NCBI GenBank assembly: GCA_002329335.1
Contig: DCTY01000014.1
Location: 14,697 to 78,696, forward strand
DNA: 64,000 nt
Direction: 5' to 3'
Source: Christensenella sp. UBA1428
GTDB lineage: Bacteria; Bacillota; Clostridia; Christensenellales; UBA1750
Part shown: one piece after another, positions 1 through 9,325 of the stretch
How the letters are laid out: each line of letters begins with the position of its first letter
Numbering within the stretch: position 1 is the stretch's first letter
Program-made: the position numbers and the translations under genes
Notes under the pieces: generated by a model
Databases searched by the model: none
Told to the model about the DNA's origin: nothing
What the model saw: only the letters and a program-made list of their open reading frames with translations

Positions 1-1106
1 TCAAAATCCGTATGCTTGTCATAGCCGCCCAGCATCAGCACGGTATTGGTCTGCATGGTCTGCACGGCTTTGATGGTCGAATCGACGTTGGTGCCCTTGG
101 AATCGTTGATATACCGTACCCCTGCGGCCTCGCCGGCAAACTCGATGCGGTGTTCCACCCCGGCAAAGGTGCGCAGCGTATAGCGGATGACCGGCAGCTG
201 CACGGCGCACACAGCCGCCATGGCCGCCGCCGCCAGCGCGTTTGAAACATTGTGCATGCCGGGAATCCGGATTTCATCCATCCTGCAGATCGGCCGGTAC
301 GACTGGGGCGTGCCAAACACCAGTTCGTCCCCCTCAAGCCATGCGCCGTAGGGCACCGGCGTTTTTACGGAAAACCATACCGGCATCGCCCGCACGCTGC
401 GCGTTTCAAGCGCGCCGCGCACGCCGGGGTCGTCATAGTTGAAAATCGCAAAATCCTGCGGCGTCATGTTGGCAAATGCGCGGAATTTCATATCGGTATA
501 CACCTGCATGGTGCCATGACGGTTCAAATGATCCTCGGTGATATTCAAAAGCGCGCAGCAATGGGGATGAAAGGTGTCGGCGGTTTCCATCTGAAACGAG
601 GAAATTTCAACAACGATAACATCCTCCGGCTTTGCCGCCAGCGCCTGCTGGCAAAGAGGGATTCCGATATTGCCGGCAAGATAGCTTAGTTTGCCCGCAT
701 TTTTGAAAATCTCACCCACCAGCGTGGTGGTCGTCGTTTTGCCGTTGGTGCCGGTAACGCCCAAAATCAGCCCCTGCGCCTGGGTAAAGCCCAGCTCCAG
801 TTCCCCGGTAACGGCAATGCCCGCCGCCTGCGCCTGACGCACAAAGGGCGCGTCCACGCTGATGCCGGGGCTGATGACCATCATATCGCACCCCGCCCAC
901 GCCTGATCTGCCGGGCATCCAAAACGCGGCTGCGCGCCCTGGGCGATCAGCGCGTCAAGTTTTCCGTTAAAGCTTTCAAGCGGCTTGCTGTCGTTGAGCA
1001 CAACCCGCGCGCCTTTTTTCAAAAGCAGCTGCGCGGCGGCCTCGCCGGAGCGCGCCATGCCTACGACCAGCACGGTCTTATTGGTCAAATCCTTCAAAAC
1101 GATCAC
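1..1106 (-). CDS. murD: UDP-N-acetylmuramoylalanine--D-glutamate ligase MurD (N-terminal ~368 codons; C-terminus lies beyond window start)
   Basis: Own minus-strand translation from GTG at 1106 (GAGG upstream): VIVLKDLTNKTVLVVGMARSGEAAAQLLLKKGARV...GVTGTNGKTTTTTLVGEIF...VVEISSFQMET. Mur-ligase P-loop present. The frame stays open to position 1, so it is absent from the ORF track. Follows mraY as in dcw clusters. Confidence 0.85.
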   Translation of the reverse strand, partial: MIVLKDLTNKTVLVVGMARSGEAAAQLLLKKGARVVLNDSKPLESFNGKLDALIAQGAQPRFGCPADQAWAGCDMMVISPGISVDAPFVRQAQAAGIAVTGELELGFTQAQGLILGVTGTNGKTTTTTLVGEIFKNAGKLSYLAGNIGIPLCQQALAAKPEDVIVVEISSFQMETADTFHPHCCALLNITEDHLNRHGTMQVYTDMKFRAFANMTPQDFAIFNYDDPGVRGALETRSVRAMPVWFSVKTPVPYGAWLEGDELVFGTPQSYRPICRMDEIRIPGMHNVSNALAAAAMAAVCAVQLPVIRYTLRTFAGVEHRIEFAGEAAGVRYINDSKGTNVDSTIKAVQTMQTNTVLMLGGYDKHTDF

Positions 1107-1251
1107 CTCATTACCGGTTGCTTGCCCGCCAATCCGGGCGAAAAAATGAAATCCGCGCGCGGCGCGCAGCCGGCCGGGAACAAGGTCCGCAGTTGTCCCG
1201 GAGGCTGCGTGCAGGGCCGGACGGTCCGAACGCATAGACCGTCCGCGCCTT

Positions 1252-2241
1252 TCAGCGCACGGCGAAAAGGGTCACGACGGCAAATACCGCCGTAACGGCC
1301 ATATAAAGCGCGACAATTTTGGTTTCGCGCATGCCGCCCATTTCCAGATGATGATGCAGCGGCGCCATACGAAACATCGGGCGATGGCGCAGCTTATAGG
1401 AAAGCGCCTGCAAAATATCCGACAGCGCCGTCACGACATACATGACGCACAGCAGGGGGATAAACAGGCTCATGCCCGAAAGGCTCATGATCGCCAGCAC
1501 AGCGCTGCCCAGCGCAAAAGAGCCGGTATCGCCCATGATCACCTTTGCGGGGAACTTGTTAAACACCAGAAAGCCCAGGCAGGCGCCCGTCGTCGCCGCG
1601 CTGAGCACCATCATGTTGCCGTATACCGCGTCGGTCTGCCCCAGCTGCGCCTGGCCAAAAAGGAACACCAGGCTCAGCGCCGCCGCAATGACCAGCGTCA
1701 CGCCCGAAAGCAGGCCGTCGGCGCCGTCGAGCAGATTGGCGCTGTTGATGGTGGCATAGGCCACAAAAACCGCAAACGGAATATACCAAACGCCCAAATC
1801 CAGTTTCCAGTCCGTAAAGGGCACATACAGCCGCGTGTCGATGTGCGGGCTATAGTAAGCGTATGCGGCAAACGCCGCGCAGATCAGCAGCAGCATCCAC
1901 GTTTTATCGCGCGCGCGCAGCCCCAGAGAACGGTGGCGCACAACTTTAATATAATCGTCCAAAAAACCGATGCCCGCGCCCAGCGTCACAAAAGCCGCCG
2001 CAGGCGCCATGATGGTCAAACGCCCCTGCGCATAGGAAAACGCCAGCGCACAAAGCACGATCACCCCGGTGATCATGATGCCCCCCATGGTTGGCACGCC
2101 CTGTTTTTTCAAATGGCCCTTGGGGCCGAACGTGCGCACATTCTGACCAAAACGGAGCTTTTTCAGCCAGGGAATGATGATCGGCGCAATGGCCAGCGTC
2201 GCGATAAACGCCGTGAGCAGGGTAAAAATCATTCTCATCAT
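1252..2241 (-). CDS. mraY: phospho-N-acetylmuramoyl-pentapeptide transferase MraY
   Basis: 329-aa polytopic membrane ORF with MraY-type motifs (NSANLLDGADGL, GDTGSFALG, APLHHHLE). GGAG 9 nt before the ATG. dcw context. Confidence 0.95.
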   Translation of the reverse strand: MMRMIFTLLTAFIATLAIAPIIIPWLKKLRFGQNVRTFGPKGHLKKQGVPTMGGIMITGVIVLCALAFSYAQGRLTIMAPAAAFVTLGAGIGFLDDYIKVVRHRSLGLRARDKTWMLLLICAAFAAYAYYSPHIDTRLYVPFTDWKLDLGVWYIPFAVFVAYATINSANLLDGADGLLSGVTLVIAAALSLVFLFGQAQLGQTDAVYGNMMVLSAATTGACLGFLVFNKFPAKVIMGDTGSFALGSAVLAIMSLSGMSLFIPLLCVMYVVTALSDILQALSYKLRHRPMFRMAPLHHHLEMGGMRETKIVALYMAVTAVFAVVTLFAVR

Positions 2242-2247
2242 GGCGGG

Positions 2248-3705
2248 TTACTCCTTTGCGCCCGCGCCCAGCGTTTCCAGAAGCTGCGCCACGACCACCC
2301 GTTCGTCAAACGGATGCTTCACGCCCTTGATTTCCTGATAGGTCTCATGGCCTTTGCCCGCCAAAACAACCGTATCGCCCGCACCGGCCATTTCAAGGGC
2401 AAAACGGATGGCTTCGGTGCGGTTTTCGATGATGATATAATCGCCCTGCGTCTGCTCGATGCCTTCCTTGATCTGCCCGATGATGTCCATGGGGTCCTCA
2501 TAGCGGGGATTGTCGCTGGTAATGACGGTAAAGTCGGACATTTCCCCTGCAATTTTGCCCATCTGCGGCCGTTTGGACGTATCCCGGTTGCCGCCGCAGC
2601 CAAAGACGGTAATCAGCCGTCCCCTGGTAAACTGGCGCACGGCGCTTAGGATATTCACCAGGCTGTCCGGCGAGTGGGCATAATCCAGAATAACCCGGTA
2701 CGGCGTTTGCGTTTTGAGCAGCTCGATCCGTCCCGGAACGGCATGCATACCTTCCAGCCCCGCCTTGACATGCACCGGGTCGACGCCCATGGAAAGGCAG
2801 CAAACGGCCGCCGCCATGGAATTATACACGTTAAACAGCCCCGGCAGCGCCAGTTCAAGGGGCAGCTTCAGCCCCTGATAGTTCAGCGTATAGCGCACGC
2901 CGCGTTCGAGCATTTCAATATCGGTTGCATACGCGTCGCGCTGATGCGTAACGCCGTAACACTGATACTCCACATTTTCAACCGCTTCGCACCCGCGCAC
3001 ATCGTCCGCATTGGTCAGCGCGCGTTTGACAAAACCCGGGGTGAAAAACGCCTTCTTTGCGGCGAAATAATTGTCCATCGTGCCGTAAAAATCCAGATGA
3101 TCCTGCGAAAAATTGGTAAAAACGCCGACCTCAAACGTCGTGCCGTACAAGCGCTTGAGCGTGACGGCGTTTGCCGAAACCTCCATCACCACGCTGGTAA
3201 CGCCCTGGTCGGCCATCATGCGCAGCGTCCGCTGAAAATCGATCGCCTCCGGCGTGGTCAGGCTCCCCGGAATGATCTGATCGCCAATGATGGTGTTGAC
3301 CGTACCGATCAGGCCGGTTTTTTCTCCTGCCTGCTGCAAAATTGCGCGAATCAGATAGGTCGTGGTCGTTTTGCCCTTGGTACCCGTCACGCCGATGAGC
3401 CGAAGGCCGTTTGCCGGTTCGCCGTAAAAGCGCGCCGCCGCCAAAGAAAGCGCCGCGCGCACATCCTTAACCTGCACCTGAGGCACCGGTACGTCCAGCG
3501 GATGGGTGACCACCACCGCCGCCGCGCCCTTGCGCACCGCTGCCATGGCAAAATCATGCCCGTCAAAATGCGCCCCGGGCTGGCAAAAATATAAATCGGA
3601 TTTTGCCGCTCGGCGTGAATCGACGCAAAGGCCGCCGATTTCAGCCTCTCCTTCCACCCGTACAACGCCGGGAATTTCTTTAAAAAGTTCCGTTAACAGC
3701 ATCAT
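2248..3705 (-). CDS. murE: UDP-N-acetylmuramoyl-L-alanyl-D-glutamate--2,6-diaminopimelate ligase MurE
   Basis: 485 aa with P-loop GVTGTKGKTTTT and a DNPR motif (SDNPRYEDP), typical of meso-DAP-adding MurE. AAGGAG 7 nt before the ATG. Confidence 0.92.
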   Translation of the reverse strand: MMLLTELFKEIPGVVRVEGEAEIGGLCVDSRRAAKSDLYFCQPGAHFDGHDFAMAAVRKGAAAVVVTHPLDVPVPQVQVKDVRAALSLAAARFYGEPANGLRLIGVTGTKGKTTTTYLIRAILQQAGEKTGLIGTVNTIIGDQIIPGSLTTPEAIDFQRTLRMMADQGVTSVVMEVSANAVTLKRLYGTTFEVGVFTNFSQDHLDFYGTMDNYFAAKKAFFTPGFVKRALTNADDVRGCEAVENVEYQCYGVTHQRDAYATDIEMLERGVRYTLNYQGLKLPLELALPGLFNVYNSMAAAVCCLSMGVDPVHVKAGLEGMHAVPGRIELLKTQTPYRVILDYAHSPDSLVNILSAVRQFTRGRLITVFGCGGNRDTSKRPQMGKIAGEMSDFTVITSDNPRYEDPMDIIGQIKEGIEQTQGDYIIIENRTEAIRFALEMAGAGDTVVLAGKGHETYQEIKGVKHPFDERVVVAQLLETLGAGAKE

Positions 3706-3716
3706 TGCGTATCTCC

Positions 3717-5927
3717 TTATTCCTGTGCGGATCCAGCCTGGCCCATCGTCACCAGCACCGTGTCCCCCTTCGCCGCGATCGTCCCGGCCTGGGGGCTTTG
3801 CTCGCAGGCCACGCCGGTCGTGCCGTCCAGCCGCAGGGAAAGCCCTGCCGCCTCCAGCGCGCGGTTTGCGTCGATCAGCGACAGCCCAATGACGTCGGGT
3901 ACGACCGTTTTGGTGTCATCCTGCGATTGCTGCGGCTCTTCCTCGCTGTCAAAATACAAAATAATCTGCGAGCCTGCGCGCATCTGCGTCCCCGCTGCGG
4001 GCAGCTGGTCGGACACGGTTTCCCCGTCGCCCTCCACCAGATAGGTAAAACTGGTGCTTTCCAGAATCGTATGCGCCGCATTTTTGGACACGCCGTACAG
4101 ATCGGGAACCAGCTCCTGCTTGTTGACCAGCGCCTGATCCTTCTGAGTATACTGAGGCAGATAATTGCTGTAAAGCAGCACCTGCTCCAAAATCTCCCCC
4201 GCATACGGCGCCGCGACAACGGAACCGAAATCCGGGCGGGTCTGCGGCTCGTCGCAGATAAACAGCACGGCAAACTGCGGATTGTCAATCGGCGCAAAAC
4301 CGATGAACGAGCCGACGTGCAGCTGACTTGAGACAACGCCGTCGACATATTTCTGCGCGGTGCCGGTCTTTCCGCCGATGCGGTATCCCGGCACATAGGC
4401 GTTGCGGCCGCCGCCGTCGGAAACGACCTTTTCCAATATTTCCCGCATCTGCGCGCTGGTCTGCGCGCTGACGGGGTTTGAAAGAATCTCCGGCTCGGTG
4501 CTGGAAATCACATTGCCTTCGCCGTCGAGAATCTGATCCACCACATACGGCCGGTACAGGTTGCCGCCGTTGACCACGGCGCAGCCCGCTGCCAGCAGCT
4601 GGATCGGCGTCACCGCGACGCTCTGGCCAAAACCGATGCGCGCCAGATCCACGTTTTTCACATATTTTTCCGCGATGAGCTGGCCGGCGGATTCCCCGCT
4701 TAAATCCACGCCCGTTTTCTGGCCGATGCCAAAGTCCACCAGATAATCATAAAACACGTCGCGCCCCATGCGCAGCGCCAGGGTCACAAACACCGGATTG
4801 CAGGAGTTCATCACCGCTTCGGTGAGCGTCTGTGTTCCATGGGGATTATAGGAACGCCAGCATTTGATCCGGTCGCCGTCCACAAAAATGGACCCATTGC
4901 AGGAAAACAGCGAATCCATCGTGGCGGCGCCGCTGTCAAGCGCGGCGGCGGTGGTCAGAATTTTAAATGTGGAACCCGGCTCGTAGTTGTCGGTCACATT
5001 GCGGTTGCGCGAAAGCTCGTTGAGCAGATCGATATCGTCCCGGGGCGGATTGTTCAAATCATAGTCCGGCAAAACCACCGACGCCAGAATCGCGCCGGAA
5101 TTAACGTCCATCACCATCGCCTGCACATTTTTTGCGCCGGTTTCGTCCATACACTTTTGCGCCACTTCGTGCACAAACGATTCGATGGCGTAATTGACCG
5201 TCAGCTTCACGTCATAGCCGTCCACAGGCTCGATATAGGCGCTGGCGTTTTGCACCAGTTCCCGGCCGTAACGGTCGCGTTCGGTTAAAATCCGTCCATC
5301 CTCGCCCGCCAGGTATTTATCCAGCGAAAGCTCCAGCCCCAGCTGGCCGTCGCCGTCGATATTGGTCATGCCCAGCATCTGGGCAAACAGATTGCCCTTT
5401 GGATAGTATCGCTTGGTATCCTCCGGGTAATACAGCCCCTGGAATCTGCTTTTTTTACCATCGGTGGTGCGCAGCGCGGCAATTGCCGTTTTCAGCTCCT
5501 GCGCCGTTTCCAGCTCGACCTGGCGCTTGATGGACACGTTGTTTTTCGTGTGATCGTTCAATTTGTCAAACAGCGCCTGCCGGTCCGAAATTTCCAGAAT
5601 ATCGCAAATGGTATTGGTCAGCGTCCAAAGATCCGTATCGGTATAATCCTTGAGCATATCCGGCGCGGCCGTAATATGCACGGTAGAACCGCTTTGTGCC
5701 AGGACCGATCCCGTGCTGTCCAAAATGGACCCGCGCATGGCGGAAACCGCCGCGTCGCGCGTCCACTGATTGGCCGCCTTCTGCTGCAGGTTCTGCGCGT
5801 CCACCAGCTGCAGATACGCCAAACGCCCGATCAGATATAAAAAAAGCAGGGCGATTGCCGCGAGCATCCATGCCATCCGTTTTTTGATTTTAGCATGCGA
5901 AAGCGCCAACGGTTTATCCTCCTGCAA
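3717..5927 (-). CDS. class B penicillin-binding protein (FtsI/SpoVD-like transpeptidase) with two C-terminal PASTA-like repeats
   Basis: 736 aa with an N-terminal TM, dimerisation and transpeptidase regions (STFK, KTGTA), then two ~60-aa PASTA-like repeats (VPDLYGVS..., VPDVIGLS...). The track start at 5927 is TTG. An in-frame TTG at 5909 has AGGAGG 8 nt upstream and may be the real start. Confidence 0.9.
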   Translation of the reverse strand: MQEDKPLALSHAKIKKRMAWMLAAIALLFLYLIGRLAYLQLVDAQNLQQKAANQWTRDAAVSAMRGSILDSTGSVLAQSGSTVHITAAPDMLKDYTDTDLWTLTNTICDILEISDRQALFDKLNDHTKNNVSIKRQVELETAQELKTAIAALRTTDGKKSRFQGLYYPEDTKRYYPKGNLFAQMLGMTNIDGDGQLGLELSLDKYLAGEDGRILTERDRYGRELVQNASAYIEPVDGYDVKLTVNYAIESFVHEVAQKCMDETGAKNVQAMVMDVNSGAILASVVLPDYDLNNPPRDDIDLLNELSRNRNVTDNYEPGSTFKILTTAAALDSGAATMDSLFSCNGSIFVDGDRIKCWRSYNPHGTQTLTEAVMNSCNPVFVTLALRMGRDVFYDYLVDFGIGQKTGVDLSGESAGQLIAEKYVKNVDLARIGFGQSVAVTPIQLLAAGCAVVNGGNLYRPYVVDQILDGEGNVISSTEPEILSNPVSAQTSAQMREILEKVVSDGGGRNAYVPGYRIGGKTGTAQKYVDGVVSSQLHVGSFIGFAPIDNPQFAVLFICDEPQTRPDFGSVVAAPYAGEILEQVLLYSNYLPQYTQKDQALVNKQELVPDLYGVSKNAAHTILESTSFTYLVEGDGETVSDQLPAAGTQMRAGSQIILYFDSEEEPQQSQDDTKTVVPDVIGLSLIDANRALEAAGLSLRLDGTTGVACEQSPQAGTIAAKGDTVLVTMGQAGSAQE

Positions 5928-5960
5928 ATCTGCATATTCATCCTGTTTTGCGGTCCGACC

Positions 5961-6386
5961 CTAACGCGACGCCTGCGAATCCTCCAAATCCACCGCGACA
6001 ATCTGCCAGGGCTGCGCCGCGCCCATGCCGGACTGAGCGGCCGCATAGTCGCGCGCCGCGCCCAGATCATCGGCGTAGCCGATTTCAATCTGAAGCGCCT
6101 GGTTTTCGTTTTCAATGCCGCCAAGGTCGCTCTTGAGCCGGTTTAATTCGATGTTGTTTTCCTGAATTCTGGTCTGGAGCATCAGCACGCCGGCCATCAG
6201 CGCGCACACCATCACAAACAGTACGGCGGCGCGGCGCGCATACGCGCGGACAAGCGCAGCCCTTCGCAGCGCACGGCGTTCCTGTGCGGCCTGCCGCTGG
6301 ATCGGTTCAAGAGGCAGCTGCTGGGGCGCAATCGCCGCGCTGCCTTCCACCGGATACTGCCACTGCCGGGCTTCTCTTGCTGACAT
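5961..6386 (-). CDS. ftsL: cell division protein FtsL-like (septum formation initiator family)
   Basis: Small bitopic protein with a TM (AAVLFVMVCALMAGVLML) followed by a coiled-coil (IQENNIELNRLKSDL), located between rsmH and the PBP. The track start at 6401 is TTG. ATG at 6386 (MSAREARQ...) has GGAG 9 nt upstream. Confidence 0.8.
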   Translation of the reverse strand: MSAREARQWQYPVEGSAAIAPQQLPLEPIQRQAAQERRALRRAALVRAYARRAAVLFVMVCALMAGVLMLQTRIQENNIELNRLKSDLGGIENENQALQIEIGYADDLGAARDYAAAQSGMGAAQPWQIVAVDLEDSQASR

Positions 6387-6410
6387 ATCCTTATTCTCCA
6401 ATCTGACCGG

Positions 6411-7340
6411 TTATTCCACCGTCTTTTGAAAAACGCGAAGCTTGGCGCTTCTCGACCTGGCGTTTTGTTCCACTTCCCGCGCATCGGGCAATATGGGCTT
6501 TCGGGTAACAACCTGTCCGGCGCTCTTGCGCCCGCAGATGCACACCGGGCACCTGGGCGGACAGATGCAGGGATTTTGGAGCGAAGCGAATGTTTGCTTG
6601 ACGATGCGGTCCTCCAGAGAATGGAAGGTGATCACGCACAGCCGCCCGCCCGGCTCCAAACAGGCAACCGCGTCCCGCAGCGCCTTTTCCAAAATGGCCA
6701 ACTCCCCGTTGACTTCAATACGAACGGCCTGAAACGTCCGCCTGGCCGGGTGCGGCCCGTCGCGCCGCGCGCTTTTGGGCACCGCCGCCTTGATGGCCTC
6801 CACCAGCTGTTCGGTCGTATCCACCGGCCTTCTTTGCACGATAAACTGCGCAATGCGCTTGGCCCAGTTCTCCTCGCCGTAATCGGCGATCACCTTTGCC
6901 AAACGCTCCTGAGGATAGGTATTGACCACATGCCAGGCGGAAAGCGCCTGTGTGGCGTCCATGCGCATATCCAGCGGCGCATCCTCGTGATAGGAAAAGC
7001 CGCGCCGCGCACAATCAAACTGATGGGAGGACACGCCCAAATCCAGCAGGATCCCGCGCACATGCCCCGCGTTCTGATCCCCGATCAGGCGCGTCATATC
7101 GGCAAAATTGCCGTGCAGCGCGCAAAACCGTTCCTGATACGGCGCAAGGCGCGCGCTTGCCGCCTCAATCGCCTCCAGATCCCGGTCAATGCCAATGAGC
7201 CGGGCCTGTCCGCAGCGCGCCAGGATCTGCTCGCTGTGGCCGCCGCCGCCCAGCGTCCCGTCCACATACAGGCCGGGACCGGTCAGCAGATACGCCATCA
7301 CGGGCTCAAGCATCACCGGAATATGCGAAAACTCACTCAT
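6411..7340 (-). CDS. rsmH: 16S rRNA (cytosine1402-N4)-methyltransferase RsmH
   Basis: 309 aa, MSEFSHIPVML...VDGTLGGGGHSE...DLGVSSHQFD. Canonical RsmH/MraW motifs and position after mraZ. Confidence 0.95.
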   Translation of the reverse strand: MSEFSHIPVMLEPVMAYLLTGPGLYVDGTLGGGGHSEQILARCGQARLIGIDRDLEAIEAASARLAPYQERFCALHGNFADMTRLIGDQNAGHVRGILLDLGVSSHQFDCARRGFSYHEDAPLDMRMDATQALSAWHVVNTYPQERLAKVIADYGEENWAKRIAQFIVQRRPVDTTEQLVEAIKAAVPKSARRDGPHPARRTFQAVRIEVNGELAILEKALRDAVACLEPGGRLCVITFHSLEDRIVKQTFASLQNPCICPPRCPVCICGRKSAGQVVTRKPILPDAREVEQNARSRSAKLRVFQKTVE

Positions 7341-7743
7341 TGATCATCTTTTCAAACGCCTCGCGATCCCAGATTTCCACATAACGGCCTGCGCCCGCGA
7401 CCACAACCTCGCGGGAAAGCCCCGCATATTCGCGCAGCGACGCCGGAATCGTAATGCGGCCCTGACCGTCGATATTCAGGTCGGAATACGAAGTGCTCAT
7501 CAAAATGCGCATCTTGCGATATTCCCTGGGGCTGGCGTCCTCATCCATATTCTCAAATTTTTCACACAGCTCGTCCCACCGGTAGGCGGAAGCGATGCGG
7601 ATATGCCGCTCGTCGCCGATCCCGCGCATCATCGTCACCGGATTGCCGATGATGGAACGAAATTTCTGGGGAATGATCACGCGATTTTTGCTGTCCACTG
7701 TCTGCTGGTAATTGCCGTTTAAATTCATCGCGGCATTGCCCAT
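7333..7743 (-). CDS. mraZ: transcriptional regulator MraZ
   Basis: Two DxxxR-type repeats (VDSKNRVIIP, IDGQGRITIP). ATG at 7743 is preceded by AAAGGGGGGA. The track ORF extends to 7863 with no support. Overlaps the rsmH start. Confidence 0.9.
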   Translation of the reverse strand: MGNAAMNLNGNYQQTVDSKNRVIIPQKFRSIIGNPVTMMRGIGDERHIRIASAYRWDELCEKFENMDEDASPREYRKMRILMSTSYSDLNIDGQGRITIPASLREYAGLSREVVVAGAGRYVEIWDREAFEKMINE

Positions 7744-7890
7744 CGCGCGTCCCCCCCTTTCTTTGATCCAAAGCGGCCAGCCTTCCACTTGCCGCCACTT
7801 AAAACCACAAAGTTTCACATGGTTTAACTTATTCTCTACCCAAGCGCCAATTCCTGCCCGCACAGGGAATTTTTTTCAAAAAAATGCAAC

Positions 7891-7918
7891 AAAAAAGCAC
7901 CTCGGCCAAAGTGGCCGA
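7891..7918 (-). terminator. intrinsic terminator after the metallophosphoesterase gene, upstream of mraZ
   Basis: Minus strand reads TCGGCCACTTTGGCCGA followed by GGTGCTTTTTT. Confidence 0.7.
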
Positions 7919-8057
7919 AATGCCGATTGTTTCGCATTTATGAGCGTTTTCAATTTTACAGGCGCCCGCAGGCGCAGGATCCGGCGTTTTTGTGGCGGCA
8001 AATCCCATCGTCAACACCGTTTTCCCCAAATGGGACGCCGCCTCCACCGGGCGCTTA

Positions 8058-8735
8058 TCACCCGGGCAGCTGGCACAACGCAAAATCCAGCGCGTCACAG
8101 GAGACCAGATGATAGCGTACCGTGCCGATTTTTCCCGTTTTCGCCGCATGAACGCCGGGGCCGTGCAGGTGCCCGTACACCACGTCGCTCACACCATACG
8201 CTTCAAACAGTTCCGTAAAAGGCGTCAAACGGCCGTGCTCGTCAAAGGGCGGAAAATGCATCATCGCCACCAGACGCTCGGACGGACGCGCCGCAGCGGC
8301 CTGAAGCGACATCTGCATGCGCAGCACCTCCCGGCGCATGACCTTTTCATCCGCCTGCGCGCCATATTCCCATCCGCGGCTGCCGGCAACTGTCACGTTT
8401 TCCACCGTCACGGCGTCATTCTGAATGGCATACACGCCCTCGGGCAATTTGCTGCGCAGACGCGAAACGGAGCCCCACCAGTAATCATGGTTGCCCTTGA
8501 GCAGGATTTTCCGTCCGGGCAGCGCGCAGATCGCATCGATATCGGCCAATGCGTCGTCAAAAGCCATCGCCCAGCTCAAGTCCCCGGGCAGAAGGACCAA
8601 ATCCTGCGGCGTTACCCGGCTGCGCCAATCGGCGCTGATCTTATCAAAATGGCCGACCCAGCCCGGACCGAACCGATCCATGCTCTTGTCCATGCCGCCC
8701 GGCAGATGCAGATCCGAAATTGCAAACAGGCGCAC
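8058..8735 (-). CDS. metallophosphoesterase (calcineurin-like phosphoesterase family)
   Basis: 225 aa with motifs SDLHL, GDLS, GNHD and GHLH. GTG start overlaps the stop of the upstream gene (TAGTG). Confidence 0.85.
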   Translation of the reverse strand: MRLFAISDLHLPGGMDKSMDRFGPGWVGHFDKISADWRSRVTPQDLVLLPGDLSWAMAFDDALADIDAICALPGRKILLKGNHDYWWGSVSRLRSKLPEGVYAIQNDAVTVENVTVAGSRGWEYGAQADEKVMRREVLRMQMSLQAAAARPSERLVAMMHFPPFDEHGRLTPFTELFEAYGVSDVVYGHLHGPGVHAAKTGKIGTVRYHLVSCDALDFALCQLPG

Positions 8736-9151
8736 TACTGGTCTTCCTCTTCTTCCTCGCCGTCCTGCTCCAGCTCGTCCAGGGACACAAAGTCCACGTC
8801 GTCGCCCAGCTCGCTTTTGATCGTCTTGTACTCGACCTCCGGTATTGCGTCCTCATCCAGATCGATCTCGATCTCGTCCATCTCGCTGGCGCCCGCAAGA
8901 TCAATCGACGATTCGTCCGGAATCACCGCGTCGGACGACTCATCCTCGAACGATTCGCCGCGCTTGGTTTCTTTTAAGCACACTGCGCAGAACTCTTCGC
9001 CGGGTACAACGGGCCGCTCGCCGCAGTTGGAGCAAAGCTCCACCGTTTCATGTTCGTCCTCGCCGTGCATTTCACGCTTGCACACGGCGCAGACCTTTTC
9101 GGTGGACTGCATGTAGTTCAATTCACATCTGGGGCACTTGATCAAAGCCAT
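8735..9151 (-). CDS. double zinc-ribbon protein with a strongly acidic C-terminal tail (function unknown)
   Basis: 138 aa with four CxxC pairs (CPRC..CAVC, CSNC..CAVC). By my count 32 of the last 75 residues are D/E, ending EEEEEDQ. GGGAGG 9 nt before the ATG. Confidence 0.8.
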   Translation of the reverse strand: MALIKCPRCELNYMQSTEKVCAVCKREMHGEDEHETVELCSNCGERPVVPGEEFCAVCLKETKRGESFEDESSDAVIPDESSIDLAGASEMDEIEIDLDEDAIPEVEYKTIKSELGDDVDFVSLDELEQDGEEEEEDQ

Positions 9152-9325
9152 CCGAGGAAACCTCCCAAATCTTGTTGAGCCGTTTTTACTGTTTTTGCCG
9201 ATGCATCGGGAATAATACCGCTTTGGAAAAAATTCCCATGGAAACGCGCTGGAAATTCGCTTGAACCAAAACCGGAAAATCTCTACAATTTTACATATCT
9301 TATCCGGTTAAAGGAGGATTCACCA

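Noticed and set aside
1348-2649. Long + strand ORF (433 aa) and many similar ones: 2674..3594, 10222..11076, 12749..13378, 13481..14473, 16939..17655, 18099..19169, 19100..20119, 22453..23424, 25022..26155, 26180..27076, 27137..27940, 29229..30002, 33111..34613, 35102..36322, 36933..38234, 40229..41536, 42941..44275, 44791..45627, 47916..49688, 51518..52849, 53118..53789, 57075..58541, 61881..63059.
   Set aside because: Each lies antisense to, or out of frame with, a gene that has clear family motifs. Their translations are Arg/His/Pro/Gly/Ala-rich low-complexity strings typical of shadow ORFs in GC-rich DNA. None has a convincing SD.
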